Shown here: positions 37,200-48,221 of the stretch, piece after piece
How the letters are laid out: each line of letters opens with the position of its first letter
How positions within the stretch are numbered: the first letter of the stretch is position 1
Origin: an uncultured Planctomycetaceae bacterium
GTDB taxonomy: Bacteria > Planctomycetota > Planctomycetia > Planctomycetales > Planctomycetaceae
Assembly: GCA_963815195.1 (NCBI GenBank)
Contig: CAWFGE010000007.1
Location: 224,001-288,000, forward strand
Length of the DNA: 64,000 bases
Reading direction: 5' to 3'
Notes under the pieces: generated by a model
Told to the model about the DNA's origin: nothing
Database searches by the model: none
The model's input: the letters and a program-made list of their open reading frames with translations, nothing else
Made by a program: the position numbers and the translations under genes

Positions 37200-40100
37200 C
37201 CGGGTCCTGGGATTGCTGCTGCTCTTGATGGCCGCGCTGCCGCTTGAGGATCGGCAGCAATCGCCGGCGGTAAGCCCGGAGCGGATTCACCACGGTCATT
37301 TCCAGAAACCGCCGGCGGGCCTGCCAGTCCTCTGCGTCGATGCCCGCGTCTTCGCGAAGGTGATCCATCGTTTGCATTGCCCGGTTTACGGCGGCCACGG
37401 ACTTTTCCACATCGTTGATCGCGACCTGCGTGGAACTCGGCGTCACGCCGGCCCGCACCGCCCAGCGCTGTTTCATCATCTGCAGCACCGCATTGAGGCG
37501 GTCCCAGCGGTCGAGCGGGTCGGGGGCGGCTTCGGGATGATCGCACAACAGATCGATCGCCGCCGTCACGTTCCGCACCGAACGATCTCCCGGAGCCGAG
37601 TAGAACAGGGAGTAAAACCGATGGGCCAACTCCGCCGGGCAATCGCGGACCGCCGATCGCGAATACAGCTCGGCCACCTCTTGATGCAGGAAAAACGTCA
37701 CGAGCGGATCGTAAGGGTCGGCGAAGGATTCCACGCGGGCGATGTCTTCCGGGCGGTGCGGATAGTGCTTGACCGTGTCGCCCAAGGCGCGGAAATACGC
37801 GAGCCGGCGTTTTTCCTCCTCATGGATTTCGCGCCGGGGCCGCTCGCCTTTGACTTGCACGATGATCGAACGCGGGTTCTTGGTGATCTGCTCCTTGACG
37901 GTCTTGCGATAGACCCAAAACTCGTCGGGATGGCTGGTCATCAGATTTCGCTGCCCGGTGACCTCGGCCAATCGGCGGAGCAAATCGGGATCTTTGGGAT
38001 CGACGCCGCCCCACTGGGCGAAGCGTTCTCCCAGCGGAGCGAGCGCCTCTTGATTCTCGAAGGGCTTCGGTCCCCAGCGCATCATTTCCGCCGGCAGCCG
38101 GAACGCCAGCGTGCCGTTGGAGACGGTGTTGGCCGTCTGGGACCAGCGGGCGTTTTTCGTGGAGAAGGTTTTGAGGGCTTCGTTGTCGAACGCGGCGAGG
38201 TTCAAAGGCACGGACCAGTCCCAGCCCAAGTGCCCCAACTGCCGGCGGACGTGTTCCCGCTGGAGCCGCTCGATCAATCCTTCGCGGGCGACGCCCCGGG
38301 GAGAGTTCGTGCCGATAAGCAGCATCTCCCCGCCGGCCATTTCGAGAAACACCACGTCCCGAAAGGCGCTTTGCATGGTCCGCGCCGCCGCGCGGAGGGC
38401 TTCCGGTCCCAGATCGATAAACGCCAGCCGCTGGCAGAACAGGCCGTCTTCGCTCAACCGCTCGGCGGCGTCATGGTAGAAAGATTGGGTGAAATACGCC
38501 GCGGTCTGAGCGAGGGCCGGCTGATGGGGCAGCGAGACGATCACATCGAACGTCTTCCGCTCGGCCCGCAGGCACAGGGCCGGGTCGATCGGCAGAATCG
38601 TCAGCCGGGAATCCTTCGCGGGGTCGGAGGGCCGCTGTGTCCAGATATGGTCCTTCACCATCGCGATGAGCGCGGGATCGGACTCCGCACAGGTGACTTC
38701 CTGCGTGGGGAACGCCAGCGACGTGGTCACCGGCACGCCGCTGCCGAGGCCGAGAATCAACATCGTCGCGGGGCGTTCGTGCAACACGAGCGGAAAGGCC
38801 GCGGGCAGAAGTTCCGCGGAGAATTCCGGACACATCCGCACATCGCCGCTGGCCATGCCTTTGGGGAGTCCCGATTGGCGGAGTTGCCATTGCACGCCGC
38901 GGTATTTCCAGAGGGTGTAGGTTCCGCCCGGTCCTTCCGCGCGGGCGACGAGCCGGCCTTCATCCAAGACGCGGAGCAGTTCCGGGGCCAGCTTGGCCCG
39001 ATGGGCGTCGAACACCGGAGCCGCGAACAGCAACTTCGCCGAAGTTTCTGGCCGATAATTCCCCGACCACGCCAAGGGGCACACGATCAACAAGCTGCAT
39101 CCGGCAACGAGGCTGCGGGTCCGCCAACCTTCCGGCCATTGCCGTTCCCAAACCAGCCGCACCAAAGCCAATCCCAACACAGCCACGGACAAGCCCACGG
39201 CGATCGCGACCATCGAATTGTTGGTCATCAAAACCCATTGGCTTAATAACCATCCCGTCAAGAACGCCGCTGAATAGAGTGGAACGGCGGATGTCTCGCG
39301 TTTGGACACTTCCAATTGTGAGCCAAGGGCCGAAAACAGCCCCCAGGCAAAACCGAACGGAAGCAGCATGCCGCCGGCAATCGCCAGTCGGCACAGCGTC
39401 AACAAAAAGACCTGGGACACCGACGTCGTGAAACTCAAGCAGACGTTGACGAGCCACGGAAACGAGACGGCGAGCATCACCAGCCACGCCCCGGCGAACA
39501 GCCCCGCCGCCAGACCCCGGCCGCGGGTTTTCATGGCGGAGCTTCGCTGCCCCCAGGCCAATCCCCCCGCCCAGCCCAGCACCAGAAACGCCCATTTCGA
39601 GCACACGATCGCCACGGAGACGGGCATCAATTGATCCACCGCCCGGCTCGCCCAGGCAAACATGCCGCCCAGGCAAACGAGTATCAACCCCGTCCAAACC
39701 TCCCGCCCGGTCTTGTCCCAAAGGCTGCGGTCGGCGGGAGGGGTTGTCGAAATCGATTCCTCGGCGGCATCGGCTGGGGGAGTTTCGCTTGAAGATGGAG
39801 ACCAAACCAAGGCCGCGGCAAGGAACATTGCTCCGAGCAAAGCCCCGCCGAGGGCGGCAGTCGCGACGCCGAACCCTGGAGCGAGCACAAACGCCGAGAG
39901 CAACCCCCCCGCCGCCGTTCCGCCCAGGAACAAGGCCGTGATGCTGCCCGGGGACGAGGGCTTCTCCGCGGCGGCCGATTTCGCGAGCACGCAAAACGGC
40001 ATTCGCGAAAGCGCATAAGCCGGCGGCGTGACCAAGACGAGGGCGATGCCGAACAGCACGGCGAGCGCGAGGCCGGGAACGGCGAGTTGAGTGGGAGAAA

Positions 40101-40428
40101 AGACCTCCAGAAACCCGCTGTGCCAATCGAGCAACCAGGGAAACGCGAGCGTCCAAGCGGCGAGAAATCCCTGCCAACCCAAAGCGGTCCCTAAGGATCG
40201 CGACGCGTTCCCCGATTTGAGCGGCCGCCAACCGAGTTCCAAGGCCAATAACATCGCCAGCACCAGCGCGCTCACGGCGGGTAGCGACGTGCCGAACTGG
40301 GCGGTCCATTCAAAGCACCACGCCAACACCACAAAACCCGCGGCCAATCCGCAAACCGCCGCCTGCATCCGCGGCGAGGAAATCCCGTTGAGAAACCCGC
40401 TCCGCGTTACGCTGAGAATTCGTCGCAT
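37168..40428 (-). CDS. Large membrane protein with spermidine-synthase-like (SAM-fold) domain and long helical C-terminus
   Basis: About 12 N-terminal TM segments, then LILGLGSGV, ESDPAL, FDVIVS and YFTQSFY..AAERLSEDGLFCQ. Confidence 0.78.
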   Translation of the reverse strand: MRRILSVTRSGFLNGISSPRMQAAVCGLAAGFVVLAWCFEWTAQFGTSLPAVSALVLAMLLALELGWRPLKSGNASRSLGTALGWQGFLAAWTLAFPWLLDWHSGFLEVFSPTQLAVPGLALAVLFGIALVLVTPPAYALSRMPFCVLAKSAAAEKPSSPGSITALFLGGTAAGGLLSAFVLAPGFGVATAALGGALLGAMFLAAALVWSPSSSETPPADAAEESISTTPPADRSLWDKTGREVWTGLILVCLGGMFAWASRAVDQLMPVSVAIVCSKWAFLVLGWAGGLAWGQRSSAMKTRGRGLAAGLFAGAWLVMLAVSFPWLVNVCLSFTTSVSQVFLLTLCRLAIAGGMLLPFGFAWGLFSALGSQLEVSKRETSAVPLYSAAFLTGWLLSQWVLMTNNSMVAIAVGLSVAVLGLALVRLVWERQWPEGWRTRSLVAGCSLLIVCPLAWSGNYRPETSAKLLFAAPVFDAHRAKLAPELLRVLDEGRLVARAEGPGGTYTLWKYRGVQWQLRQSGLPKGMASGDVRMCPEFSAELLPAAFPLVLHERPATMLILGLGSGVPVTTSLAFPTQEVTCAESDPALIAMVKDHIWTQRPSDPAKDSRLTILPIDPALCLRAERKTFDVIVSLPHQPALAQTAAYFTQSFYHDAAERLSEDGLFCQRLAFIDLGPEALRAAARTMQSAFRDVVFLEMAGGEMLLIGTNSPRGVAREGLIERLQREHVRRQLGHLGWDWSVPLNLAAFDNEALKTFSTKNARWSQTANTVSNGTLAFRLPAEMMRWGPKPFENQEALAPLGERFAQWGGVDPKDPDLLRRLAEVTGQRNLMTSHPDEFWVYRKTVKEQITKNPRSIIVQVKGERPRREIHEEEKRRLAYFRALGDTVKHYPHRPEDIARVESFADPYDPLVTFFLHQEVAELYSRSAVRDCPAELAHRFYSLFYSAPGDRSVRNVTAAIDLLCDHPEAAPDPLDRWDRLNAVLQMMKQRWAVRAGVTPSSTQVAINDVEKSVAAVNRAMQTMDHLREDAGIDAEDWQARRRFLEMTVVNPLRAYRRRLLPILKRQRGHQEQQQSQDPAQVDNGGIAP

Positions 40429-40712
40429 GACATCCCTGTCTCTGTGCGGTTCATTCGTTAATGTGCCACGATGCCGCGGGCGAGGAATCAAACCCGTTCC
40501 CCTCAAACCCCGCGAGCCCGCGCGTTTTACCTAATCTAGGCAAACCTCAGCAAGAGCAGTCTTTCGCCCAGCCGCAGCTCTTCGTCAAAATCCGCCGCTC
40601 TACACAAGTCGGGGGATTTTTCTCGTCGCGAGCATTCTGCCTTTCGTGCCGCCTTGGGCCGGCCGAAACAGATTGTGATCCGCGCCGGTTTTCTCGCACA
40701 AGGACGGCCTTC

Positions 40713-42545
40713 ATGCCGCGAACGATTCGCTATGGGATTTTGATGTGCGCCGTCTTCGGCGCGGCCGGGCTTCCGCGCACGGGTGGAGCGGAGATTCCAC
40801 CCGCCCCGCAACCGGCGGGCGAAAATCCTTCGGTCCAAAAGGAGGTTCCGCTCACGCCGTGCGCCGCCGGCGGGCCGCGGTATGCAGAGGCGTTTCGGGA
40901 ATTCCAAGCGGGAAACCGGCTCTCGGCGGCGGGCGATGCGGCGAGCGTCGATCGGTTTTTCTCCGCTGCGATTCAATCGTGGAAGGATGTGGAGGAAGGC
41001 CTGGCCGAACAGCCGCCGCGATTGCTTCTCGGTTCACTCAACTTGTACAACTCGGCGGTGTTGTCCACGGTGATTGCCGGGCATCGATTGGGGCGATTGG
41101 ATCCGGCGGCCGGCCTGAAGGTTGTCATCGACGGCCGCTGGCAAATCGTTCCCGTGAGAAGCGTGGGGCTGCCTTGGCGGCTCGATCAGATCGATTGCTT
41201 CCTGCCTCCCGCCACGTGTTATCAGGATCCCACATTCGCGTGCAGCGTGCGGTCCGGCGTGGGGGCTGCGATCCAGGGCGTCCACATCAACCGCCCCAAC
41301 GAGCCGGGCGAAGAATATTATCTCGATCGGCAACCTGTGACGATCACCGCGGTCCTCCGCGAAGTCCCCGCCGCCGGCTGGCGGTTGGAATTCCATAGCC
41401 CGATTTCCCACCGTTCGCTCGCGGTCGCGGGGCGGGAACTGGCGTTGTCGAGCAATATCGCGGCGTCCGTCCAATATGCCGTGCGGCAACTCGAAACCCA
41501 GGTCAATCCGTGGACGGCGTTTTTCGATCCCGAAGTCGCGGTCAATCACGAGGGCCTCTTGTTTTTCCAGCCCTATCAGCCCGGCAAAATCCCGATCGTG
41601 CTCGTGCACGGTTTGCTCTCGAACCCCGCCACGTGGGGGGCGATGATTAACGAACTGCTCAACACGCCCGAGCTCATGGCGAAATATCAAATCTGGGCCT
41701 ATCTCTATCCCACGAGCGTGCCGTTTTTGGAAACCGCGTCGGAGCTTCGCGAGGACCTGCGGAACACGTTGGCTTTTCTCGACCTGAACGGCGAGGACCC
41801 GGCCCTCGAACACATGATCCTCATCGGGCACAGCATGGGCGGCTTGCTATCCCGGCTGCAAGTCACCTGGAGCGGCAACTTTTTGTGGGATGAATTTTCC
41901 CGCGTGCCGTTCGGCCAAATTCAAGGCGATGCGGCGACGCGCCAGAAGCTCGCGGAGATGTATTTCTTCGGTCCGCAGCCGTTTGTAAAGCGGGTGGTGT
42001 TCATGGCCGTGCCTCATCGGGGCTCGATTTTGAGTTCGCGGGTGATCGGCTGTCTCGGACGGATCCTCGCGGGCCGGTTGCCCAGCTTGGAAGACATGTG
42101 GATCGAACTGAGACGGCTCAATCCCGAGGCATTCCCGAGGTGTTGGCGGATAGGGATGCCGAACAGCGTGGACCAGTTGGCCCCCAACAGCCCGGCCATC
42201 CGCGGACTCCAGAAACTTCCCTTTGCCCCGTGGGTGCATTTGCATTCGATCATCGGCACCGGCGGATGCTGCGGGCCCTGCTGTCCCGGCGACGGCGTCG
42301 TGTCCGTCCGGAGTGCCCGCATCGCCGGCGTGGACAGCGAATTCTTCGTCGATGCCCCGCACGCGGAGGTCAACGAAAACCCCCAAGCGATCCGCGAAGT
42401 CGAACGCATCCTCTGGGTGCATTGGGCCGCGTATGAGCAAGAGCTCCCCCCAATCGACCTTCCGTCGCCGGCACCGCTGAGATCTTCGATTCCCTCACAA
42501 ATCGTCCCGGCCCAGCGTGCCCTTGTGGAACGCCGAGGCAATTAA
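40713..42545 (+). CDS. Secreted alpha/beta hydrolase (lipase/esterase, PGAP1-like)
   Basis: Signal peptide, IVLVHGLLS, GHSMGG nucleophile elbow, PHRGS, GDGVV and DAPH. Confidence 0.85.
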   Translation: MPRTIRYGILMCAVFGAAGLPRTGGAEIPPAPQPAGENPSVQKEVPLTPCAAGGPRYAEAFREFQAGNRLSAAGDAASVDRFFSAAIQSWKDVEEGLAEQPPRLLLGSLNLYNSAVLSTVIAGHRLGRLDPAAGLKVVIDGRWQIVPVRSVGLPWRLDQIDCFLPPATCYQDPTFACSVRSGVGAAIQGVHINRPNEPGEEYYLDRQPVTITAVLREVPAAGWRLEFHSPISHRSLAVAGRELALSSNIAASVQYAVRQLETQVNPWTAFFDPEVAVNHEGLLFFQPYQPGKIPIVLVHGLLSNPATWGAMINELLNTPELMAKYQIWAYLYPTSVPFLETASELREDLRNTLAFLDLNGEDPALEHMILIGHSMGGLLSRLQVTWSGNFLWDEFSRVPFGQIQGDAATRQKLAEMYFFGPQPFVKRVVFMAVPHRGSILSSRVIGCLGRILAGRLPSLEDMWIELRRLNPEAFPRCWRIGMPNSVDQLAPNSPAIRGLQKLPFAPWVHLHSIIGTGGCCGPCCPGDGVVSVRSARIAGVDSEFFVDAPHAEVNENPQAIREVERILWVHWAAYEQELPPIDLPSPAPLRSSIPSQIVPAQRALVERRGN

Positions 42546-43214
42546 GGCTCCGTCGATCTCGTGCTCTTGGAATAATGCGAGGTCCGTTGCGCTGCGGATC
42601 CCGCCGCCGGTGAAAACCTGGACCTCCGGGAATTTCGTTTTGATCGCGCGGCACAAGGGCAGCGTGGAAACGCCCGCGGCTTCGCCGACTTGGGCCAGGT
42701 CCAACGCAATCAATGTTCCCGCGCCCGCCGCGATCGCTTCCCCGGCAATTGCCAAAGACGAACTCGACGGCCAGGCTTCGAGATCCCCCAACGGCGTCCC
42801 CGCTTTCAGATCCAGGCTGAACACGACCCGGTCCGCTCCGAACGATTGGACCAATTCCTCCAGCACCTGCGGGCCGGCGAGGGTTTCCAAACCCGCAACC
42901 GCGACGGTGCCCGGGATTTCCAACAGCCAATCTGCGTCGCCAGCCCCGCGAAAGCCTGCATCCACCCATAAGCCGGGAAACTCGCTCGCCAGTCGGCGGA
43001 CGACCGAACTCTGCGGCCGCCCGAAGCGGATCGCATCCAAATCCGCGACGTAAAACTGCGACAGCCCCAACCGCTCGCGAAAGGCCCTCGCAACGGCGAG
43101 CGGTTCGCAACTGGGGGTCAACACGCTTTCGATGGGACGGTATTCCTCCCGCCGGCCGCCCACGCCGCGGACGACGTTCCCCTCCATCAAATCCAACACC
43201 GGCAGGATTTTCAT
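42495..43214 (-). CDS. HisA/HisF-related TIM-barrel protein (type associated with methanopterin/methanofuran C1-cofactor genes)
   Basis: ILPVLDLMEGNVVRGVGGRREEYRPIES, YVADLDAI, WVDAG, GLETL, LDLAQVG and GGGIR. Not flanked by his genes. Confidence 0.8.
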   Translation of the reverse strand: MKILPVLDLMEGNVVRGVGGRREEYRPIESVLTPSCEPLAVARAFRERLGLSQFYVADLDAIRFGRPQSSVVRRLASEFPGLWVDAGFRGAGDADWLLEIPGTVAVAGLETLAGPQVLEELVQSFGADRVVFSLDLKAGTPLGDLEAWPSSSSLAIAGEAIAAGAGTLIALDLAQVGEAAGVSTLPLCRAIKTKFPEVQVFTGGGIRSATDLALFQEHEIDGALIASAFHKGTLGRDDL

Positions 43215-43263
43215 GCTAACTCTGTCGCACCTTTCGAGCTATGATGGATGGTTGAGAATCATC

Positions 43264-43334
43264 GTGGCCCAGACATTCTTGTCTGTGCCGATTCGTTCTT
43301 CAATCCCGGCACAGGCAGGAATGGCTGTGCCGAC
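43264..43334. repeat. Degenerate REP-like doublet (family F)
   Basis: gtggcccagacattcttgtctgtgccg ... cggcacaggcaggaatggctgtgccgac, an imperfect inverted repeat whose arms are themselves palindromic. Confidence 0.7.
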
Positions 43335-43368
43335 TTGGATTTCCAATCACAACTCCCCGCGTGCCGAC

Positions 43369-44370
43369 ATGGAACAGAATGATGAGAGGACAACGGAAAC
43401 CGCGTCCTCGCCTCCCGCACCCGAAACGCCCAAGCCGCTGTGGAAACGTGGCCTGAGGTTTGTGATCCTGCGGGGGGTGTTCTGGTACGCCGTGATCTGC
43501 CTGGTGATGATGTTTTTTCAGCGGAGCCTCATCTACCGCCCGGCCACGACCGAAGCCATCCCGCTGTCCGAAGCCCTTAGGCCGGCTGGGTCCGTGCAAG
43601 AAATCTCCTTCGAGACGGCCGACGGCTTGACGCTCCACGGCTGGCATTACCTGCGAAAGGGGCAGGCGTGCGAAACCCCCGAGGACTGCGAAAAAGTCTT
43701 GGACGCGGCGACGCCTGTGGTGTTGTTTTTTCACGGAAACGGCGGCGACCGGCGCGGGCGGGTGATGTATTATCAGATTCTCAGCCAGTCCGGGGCGGAT
43801 GTGTTTGCGATCGATTACCGTGGCTACGGCGAAAACCCCGGCAGCCCGTCGGAAGCCGGCCTCGCCGAAGACGCCCGCGGCCTCTGGAAATACGCCACCG
43901 AAACCCGCCGGGTCTCGCCGGGGCGGATCGTGCTTTTCGGCGAATCGCTGGGCGGGGGCGTCGCGGTGCGGTTGGCTCAGGAAGTCTGCCAGGCCGGGAC
44001 CCCGCCCGCAGGCCTGATCGTCCGTTCGAGTTTTTCTTCGCTGACCGAGACCGCCGGCTCGCGTTTTCCCTGGCTGCCGGTGCCGATCTTGTTGTGGGAC
44101 CGGTTTCCCTCGGCGGATTGCGTCGGCGATGTGACGTGTCCGATTCTGATGTTCCACGGCACCCGGGATCAGGTCGTGCCTTATGAACTGGGCCAGAAGC
44201 TCTTTGCCGCCGCTCCCGATCGTTCGCAGAACCATCACGCCAAGCAATTCGTGACGCTCGAAGGCGCGGGCCACAATGGGATTCTGTCTTCCCACGAGCC
44301 GGAGTTCGCCGAGGCCATCGGCAAGTTCCTGGCCCAACTCGCGGCCGACGGCGAAAAAGACCGCCATTGA
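43369..44370 (+). CDS. Membrane-anchored alpha/beta hydrolase (ABHD13/BEM46-like)
   Basis: TM then FQRSLIY, FHGNGG, DYRGYG..PGSPSEAGL, GESLGG, HGTRDQVVP and GAGHN. Confidence 0.9.
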   Translation: MEQNDERTTETASSPPAPETPKPLWKRGLRFVILRGVFWYAVICLVMMFFQRSLIYRPATTEAIPLSEALRPAGSVQEISFETADGLTLHGWHYLRKGQACETPEDCEKVLDAATPVVLFFHGNGGDRRGRVMYYQILSQSGADVFAIDYRGYGENPGSPSEAGLAEDARGLWKYATETRRVSPGRIVLFGESLGGGVAVRLAQEVCQAGTPPAGLIVRSSFSSLTETAGSRFPWLPVPILLWDRFPSADCVGDVTCPILMFHGTRDQVVPYELGQKLFAAAPDRSQNHHAKQFVTLEGAGHNGILSSHEPEFAEAIGKFLAQLAADGEKDRH

Positions 44371-44435
44371 CATTCCGGCGCGGAAACGGAAAATTCCCTG
44401 AGTTTTCCCCCTTTCCCCGATCCCGATGAACCAAC

Positions 44436-45669
44436 ATGCGCAGCGAATCCGACGTTCCCTTTGAGGACAACCCGTTTCACATCCCCGTCGCCGACCGCGT
44501 GAAGCGGCTGCCGCCGTACCTGTTCGGCAAGATCAACAAGCTCAAATACCAGAAGCGCGTGGCGGGGGTGGATGTGATCGATCTGGGGATGGGAAACCCC
44601 ACCGACCCGCCGGACCCGCTGATTACGGAAAAACTCGCCGAGGCGTTGAACGATCCCCGCAACCACCGCTATTCCGTCTCGGACGGCCTCGCGAACCTCC
44701 GCCGGGAAGTGGCGGCCCGGTATTTCAAGCTGTACGGCGTGCGGCTGGAGCCTGCGAGCGAAATCATCGCCTGCATCGGCTCGAAGGAAGGTTTTAGCCA
44801 TTTGTGCCTGGCTCTGATGGGACCGGGGGACACCGCAATCGTGCCGGCCCCGTCGTTTCCGGTCCACGTTTATGCCGTGATGCTCGCGGCCGGGAATGTG
44901 ATCGCCCTCGACGTGCAAGAGCCGGACAAATTCCTCACGAACATCGCCTACACCTGCGAGCATCTGTTTCCGCGGCCGAAGCTGGTGGTCGTCAACTTCC
45001 CCCACAACCCGACCACGACGACCGTCGAGCAGGATTTTTACGTCGAACTCGTCCGGCTGGCGAAGAAGTACGAGTTCCTCGTCATCAGCGATTTCGCCTA
45101 TGCGGACATTTGCTTCGACGGCTACAAGGCCCCCAGTTTTCTGTCGGTGCCGGGGGCGCTCGACGTGGGCGTCGAGTTCACCACGATGAGCAAAGGCTAC
45201 AGCATGGCCGGCTGGCGGATCGGTTTCTGCTGCGGGCAATGCGGAGATGGTGCGGGCACTGGCCACGATCAAGGGGTATTACGATTACGGCATTTTCCAG
45301 CCGGTGCAGATCGCGGCGATCGTCGCCATGCGGCATTGCGGGGCGGCGGTGGAAAGCGTGGCCGCCGAGTACCAGCAGCGGCGGGACGTGCTCTGCGACG
45401 GCCTCAACCGCCTGGGCTGGGAAATCACGCCCCCGCGGGCGACGATGTTTGTGTGGGCGAAAATCCCCGAACCCTACGCCCAGATGGGATCGATCGACTT
45501 CGCGATGAAGCTGCTCGACGAAGGCGGCGTCGCCGTCAGCCCGGGGCGGGGCTTCGGCGAAGAAGGCGAAGGCTACCTGCGGCTGGCGGTCGTGGAAAAC
45601 AGCCAACGCCTGCGGCAAGCCGTCCGCCAAATCGGCCGCTGCCTGAAACCCGACGATGCTGAAGATTAA
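44436..45669 (+). CDS. Class I/II PLP-dependent aminotransferase (AlaC / LL-DAP aminotransferase-like), frameshift near 45236
   Basis: RLPPYLF, DLGMGNP, GSKEG, NFPHNPT, SDFAY and [13 protein letters not shown], continuing as KGYYDYG...[17 protein letters not shown]. Confidence 0.9.
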
Positions 45670-46161
45670 CCGAAAAAATGCAGCGGCGGCTCTCCGCCGA
45701 AACCGCTCGCTGAAAATCTTTTTTGCAAAATGCGAAGAATTGGCGAATCTTTTTCACTGCGCTCTTGGTTTGATAGGCATTAGAAGGGAACACACAAGAC
45801 CTTCACACAATCCTCGCCCTCGTGGAGCGAATTGGGAATCGAAAAGTTGTCGTTTGCCGGAGCCCGCTGAGAATTTCCCGCCTCGTCCCTCCCGCCGTTT
45901 GATGCCTGCCTGACTTCTCCCGTCTTGGACGTTACGAACCCGCCCGCGGCCTTCCCGATGAGCCTCATGGCCCCATCGTGAGGACGTTCTCCGTCGCCGC
46001 GCGCTGGGACGGTTCGGACGCTGCCTGAGGCGAAAAGCCTGAGCCGTCATTTTCCTCTTCCCCCGCTGCCCCTTTGACTTTGCGCTTTGTCCGTCGCCGG
46101 CTTTTGCCGCCGTCAGGAATTGCGCCCTCTGTAGACCCTTCTCTTTGGAGAAAACCAACCC

Positions 46162-47102
46162 ATGTCCCGACAGTTTAAGCGAACCGGTTTTACCCTCATC
46201 GAACTTTTGGTGGTGATTGCGATCATCGCCATTTTGATCGCGCTCCTCTTGCCCGCCGTCCAGCAGGCCCGCGAAGCCGCCCGCCGCAGCCAGTGCAAAA
46301 ACAACCTCAAGCAGATCGGCCTGGCGATGCACAACTACCACGAAATCTATCAGACGTTTCCTCCAGGGATCGTGAGTGTGACCAATGCCGCCGGCCCCTG
46401 CGTTTCCAACGGCAACAACACCTGGGGCTGGGGCACGTACCTCTTGCCGCAGATGGACCAGGCGCCGATGTTCCAGCAACTCGCCCCCAACGGCTGCCAA
46501 CTGCCGGCGGCCACCACGGTGTTCGCCTCCTCGAACAGGCGCTCTTGCAGACCCCGCTGCCGGCCTTCGTCTGCCCGTCGGACACAGGCGACCCGATCAA
46601 CCCCTACTACGGCAACTACACGAAGAGCAATTACGTCATCAGCGAAGACATCGGGAACGTGAATACCAGCGTCAAAGTCCGCGACATCACCGACGGCACG
46701 AGCAATACCCTGATGTTCGGCGAACGCGCGTTGAAAACGAACCCCCAAGGGAAGCGGCAAACCGGGGCCATCGTCTGGGGCCGGCACAGCAACTCGGACG
46801 CCGGGTTCAAATTCCGCGTGGCCTGGCCGATCAACACGCCGAACCCCACCACCTCCACGACCAGCCCCGGAACCGGTGACGGCGGTTGCGTCCGCCACGT
46901 CGTGTCCAGCGAACACGTCGGCGGGGCCCAATTCCTGATGTGCGACGGTTCGGTGCGGTTCGTCAGCGAGAACATCAGCCACAACCCGATTGCGGAAACC
47001 ACCACAACCTGCACCGCCACGACCACCGCCATGGCCGGCAACGGCTTCACCTACCAGAACCTCTACTTCCGCGCCGACGGCAATCCGGTGGGCGAGTTTT
47101 AG
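46162..47102 (+). CDS. DUF1559 prepilin-type N-terminal cleavage/methylation protein with H-X9-DG motif (frameshift near 46535)
   Basis: [53 protein letters not shown] and [16 protein letters not shown]. Confidence 0.92.
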
Positions 47103-47285
47103 GTTCCGTTCGCCCCCAAAGGAACAACAGGAGGATTTGGATTTCCTCTCCTCCTGCTTGAAACATGGGTTGGGGAAGCCGCCTGCGGTGAACTGGTTTT
47201 CGCGAGAGAATACACCACCAAAGGCGGCTCCCTTTCGCTGGCTTGGCTTTTATTTTTCCGAATTTCCAAAAAGGTGTTTCATTCC

Positions 47286-47714
47286 ATGAAGACATTGCTG
47301 CGAGCCGGTTGTCTTGCCGGTTTGTGTTTGCTGATTGCGGGCTGCGGCAACCAGCCCGCCTATGAAGGCCAGCCCCGCATGGCGGTGGGCGGACGGGTGA
47401 CGATCGACGGCCAGCCCGTGGACGGCGGCACGATTTCCTTCATTCCCCAATCCGCCGGAAGCCGCGTGACCGGCGGATCCATCGTGGGCGGCGCGTATTT
47501 CATCCCCGAAGAAAAAGGGGCGAACCAAGGCAGCTACCGCGTGGAAATCCACTGGCAAAAGCCCAACGGCAAGAAATTCCACGACCCCGACACCGGCGAA
47601 ATGAAAGACGCCGTCAAGGAAAGCATCCCCGCGCAATACAACACGAAAACGACGCTAAGCGCCAACATCTCGTCGCCGCAACCCAGCCTCGATTTTGACC
47701 TCAAATCGAAATAA
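47286..47714 (+). CDS. Planctomycete lipoprotein (carboxypeptidase-regulatory-like fold), DUF1559 partner
   Basis: Lipobox IAGC, V.G.VT.DGQP..GGTISF.P, G.YRVEI, IPAQYN..T.L and DFDL. Confidence 0.85.
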   Translation: MKTLLRAGCLAGLCLLIAGCGNQPAYEGQPRMAVGGRVTIDGQPVDGGTISFIPQSAGSRVTGGSIVGGAYFIPEEKGANQGSYRVEIHWQKPNGKKFHDPDTGEMKDAVKESIPAQYNTKTTLSANISSPQPSLDFDLKSK

Positions 47715-47735
47715 CGCGGAGCCAAAAGTCGAGTG

Positions 47736-47764
47736 GGAGAGCCGATCGGCAAGATCGGCTCTCC
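47736..47764 (+). terminator. Strong hairpin after the DUF1559/lipoprotein cassette
   Basis: ggagagccgatc-ggcaa-gatcggctctcc, a perfect 12-bp stem with no clear U tract. Confidence 0.5.
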
Positions 47765-47876
47765 GCTCGTTCGCGCTCGCCGGGAAAATTTCGGGACCGG
47801 TTCTTGATTTCGCTGTGCCCCCGTCTATATTTCTGATTGAAGGCTATGACTTCCCGCATCCGTGGGTTGCAAATTG

Positions 47877-48221
47877 ATGTCCCGCCCGATTGCTATCGCC
47901 CTTTGCTCTCTGATCGGCCTCAACATTCTCGCGATCGTTGAATCGGCCGATCCGCCGCGGGCTTCTGTGGCCGGTCGGCCGGAACCATCTCAAAACGAGG
48001 CCAGGCTCGCGTCAGCCGTCAGCCCGTTGTTGCCGCCTCGCGAAACCGCGCTTCAACCGTCGGCCATCGACGTCTCCCTGGCCCGTCCGCATCTCATCGC
48101 CTGGGTTCCTGTGGACCTCGCGTTCCACGTGAGCCAGGAGATCCCCCGCCGCTGGCAGGGCTCCGCTCGCATCTCGCTGGCTCCCGCGTCCATGAGCCGC
48201 TCGCTCCCGCTTCAGCTTTAG
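47877..48221 (+). CDS. Small hypothetical protein with N-terminal hydrophobic segment
   Basis: ORF of about 114 aa with a signal-like N-terminus and no recognisable motif. Confidence 0.35.
   Translation: MSRPIAIALCSLIGLNILAIVESADPPRASVAGRPEPSQNEARLASAVSPLLPPRETALQPSAIDVSLARPHLIAWVPVDLAFHVSQEIPRRWQGSARISLAPASMSRSLPLQL

Noticed and set aside
33964..39246. Long antisense ORFs (33964-36054, 36862-39246; likewise 58587-60605, 28661-30076 and others)
   Set aside because: These are shadow frames of well-supported genes in high-GC DNA, with no recognisable motifs.
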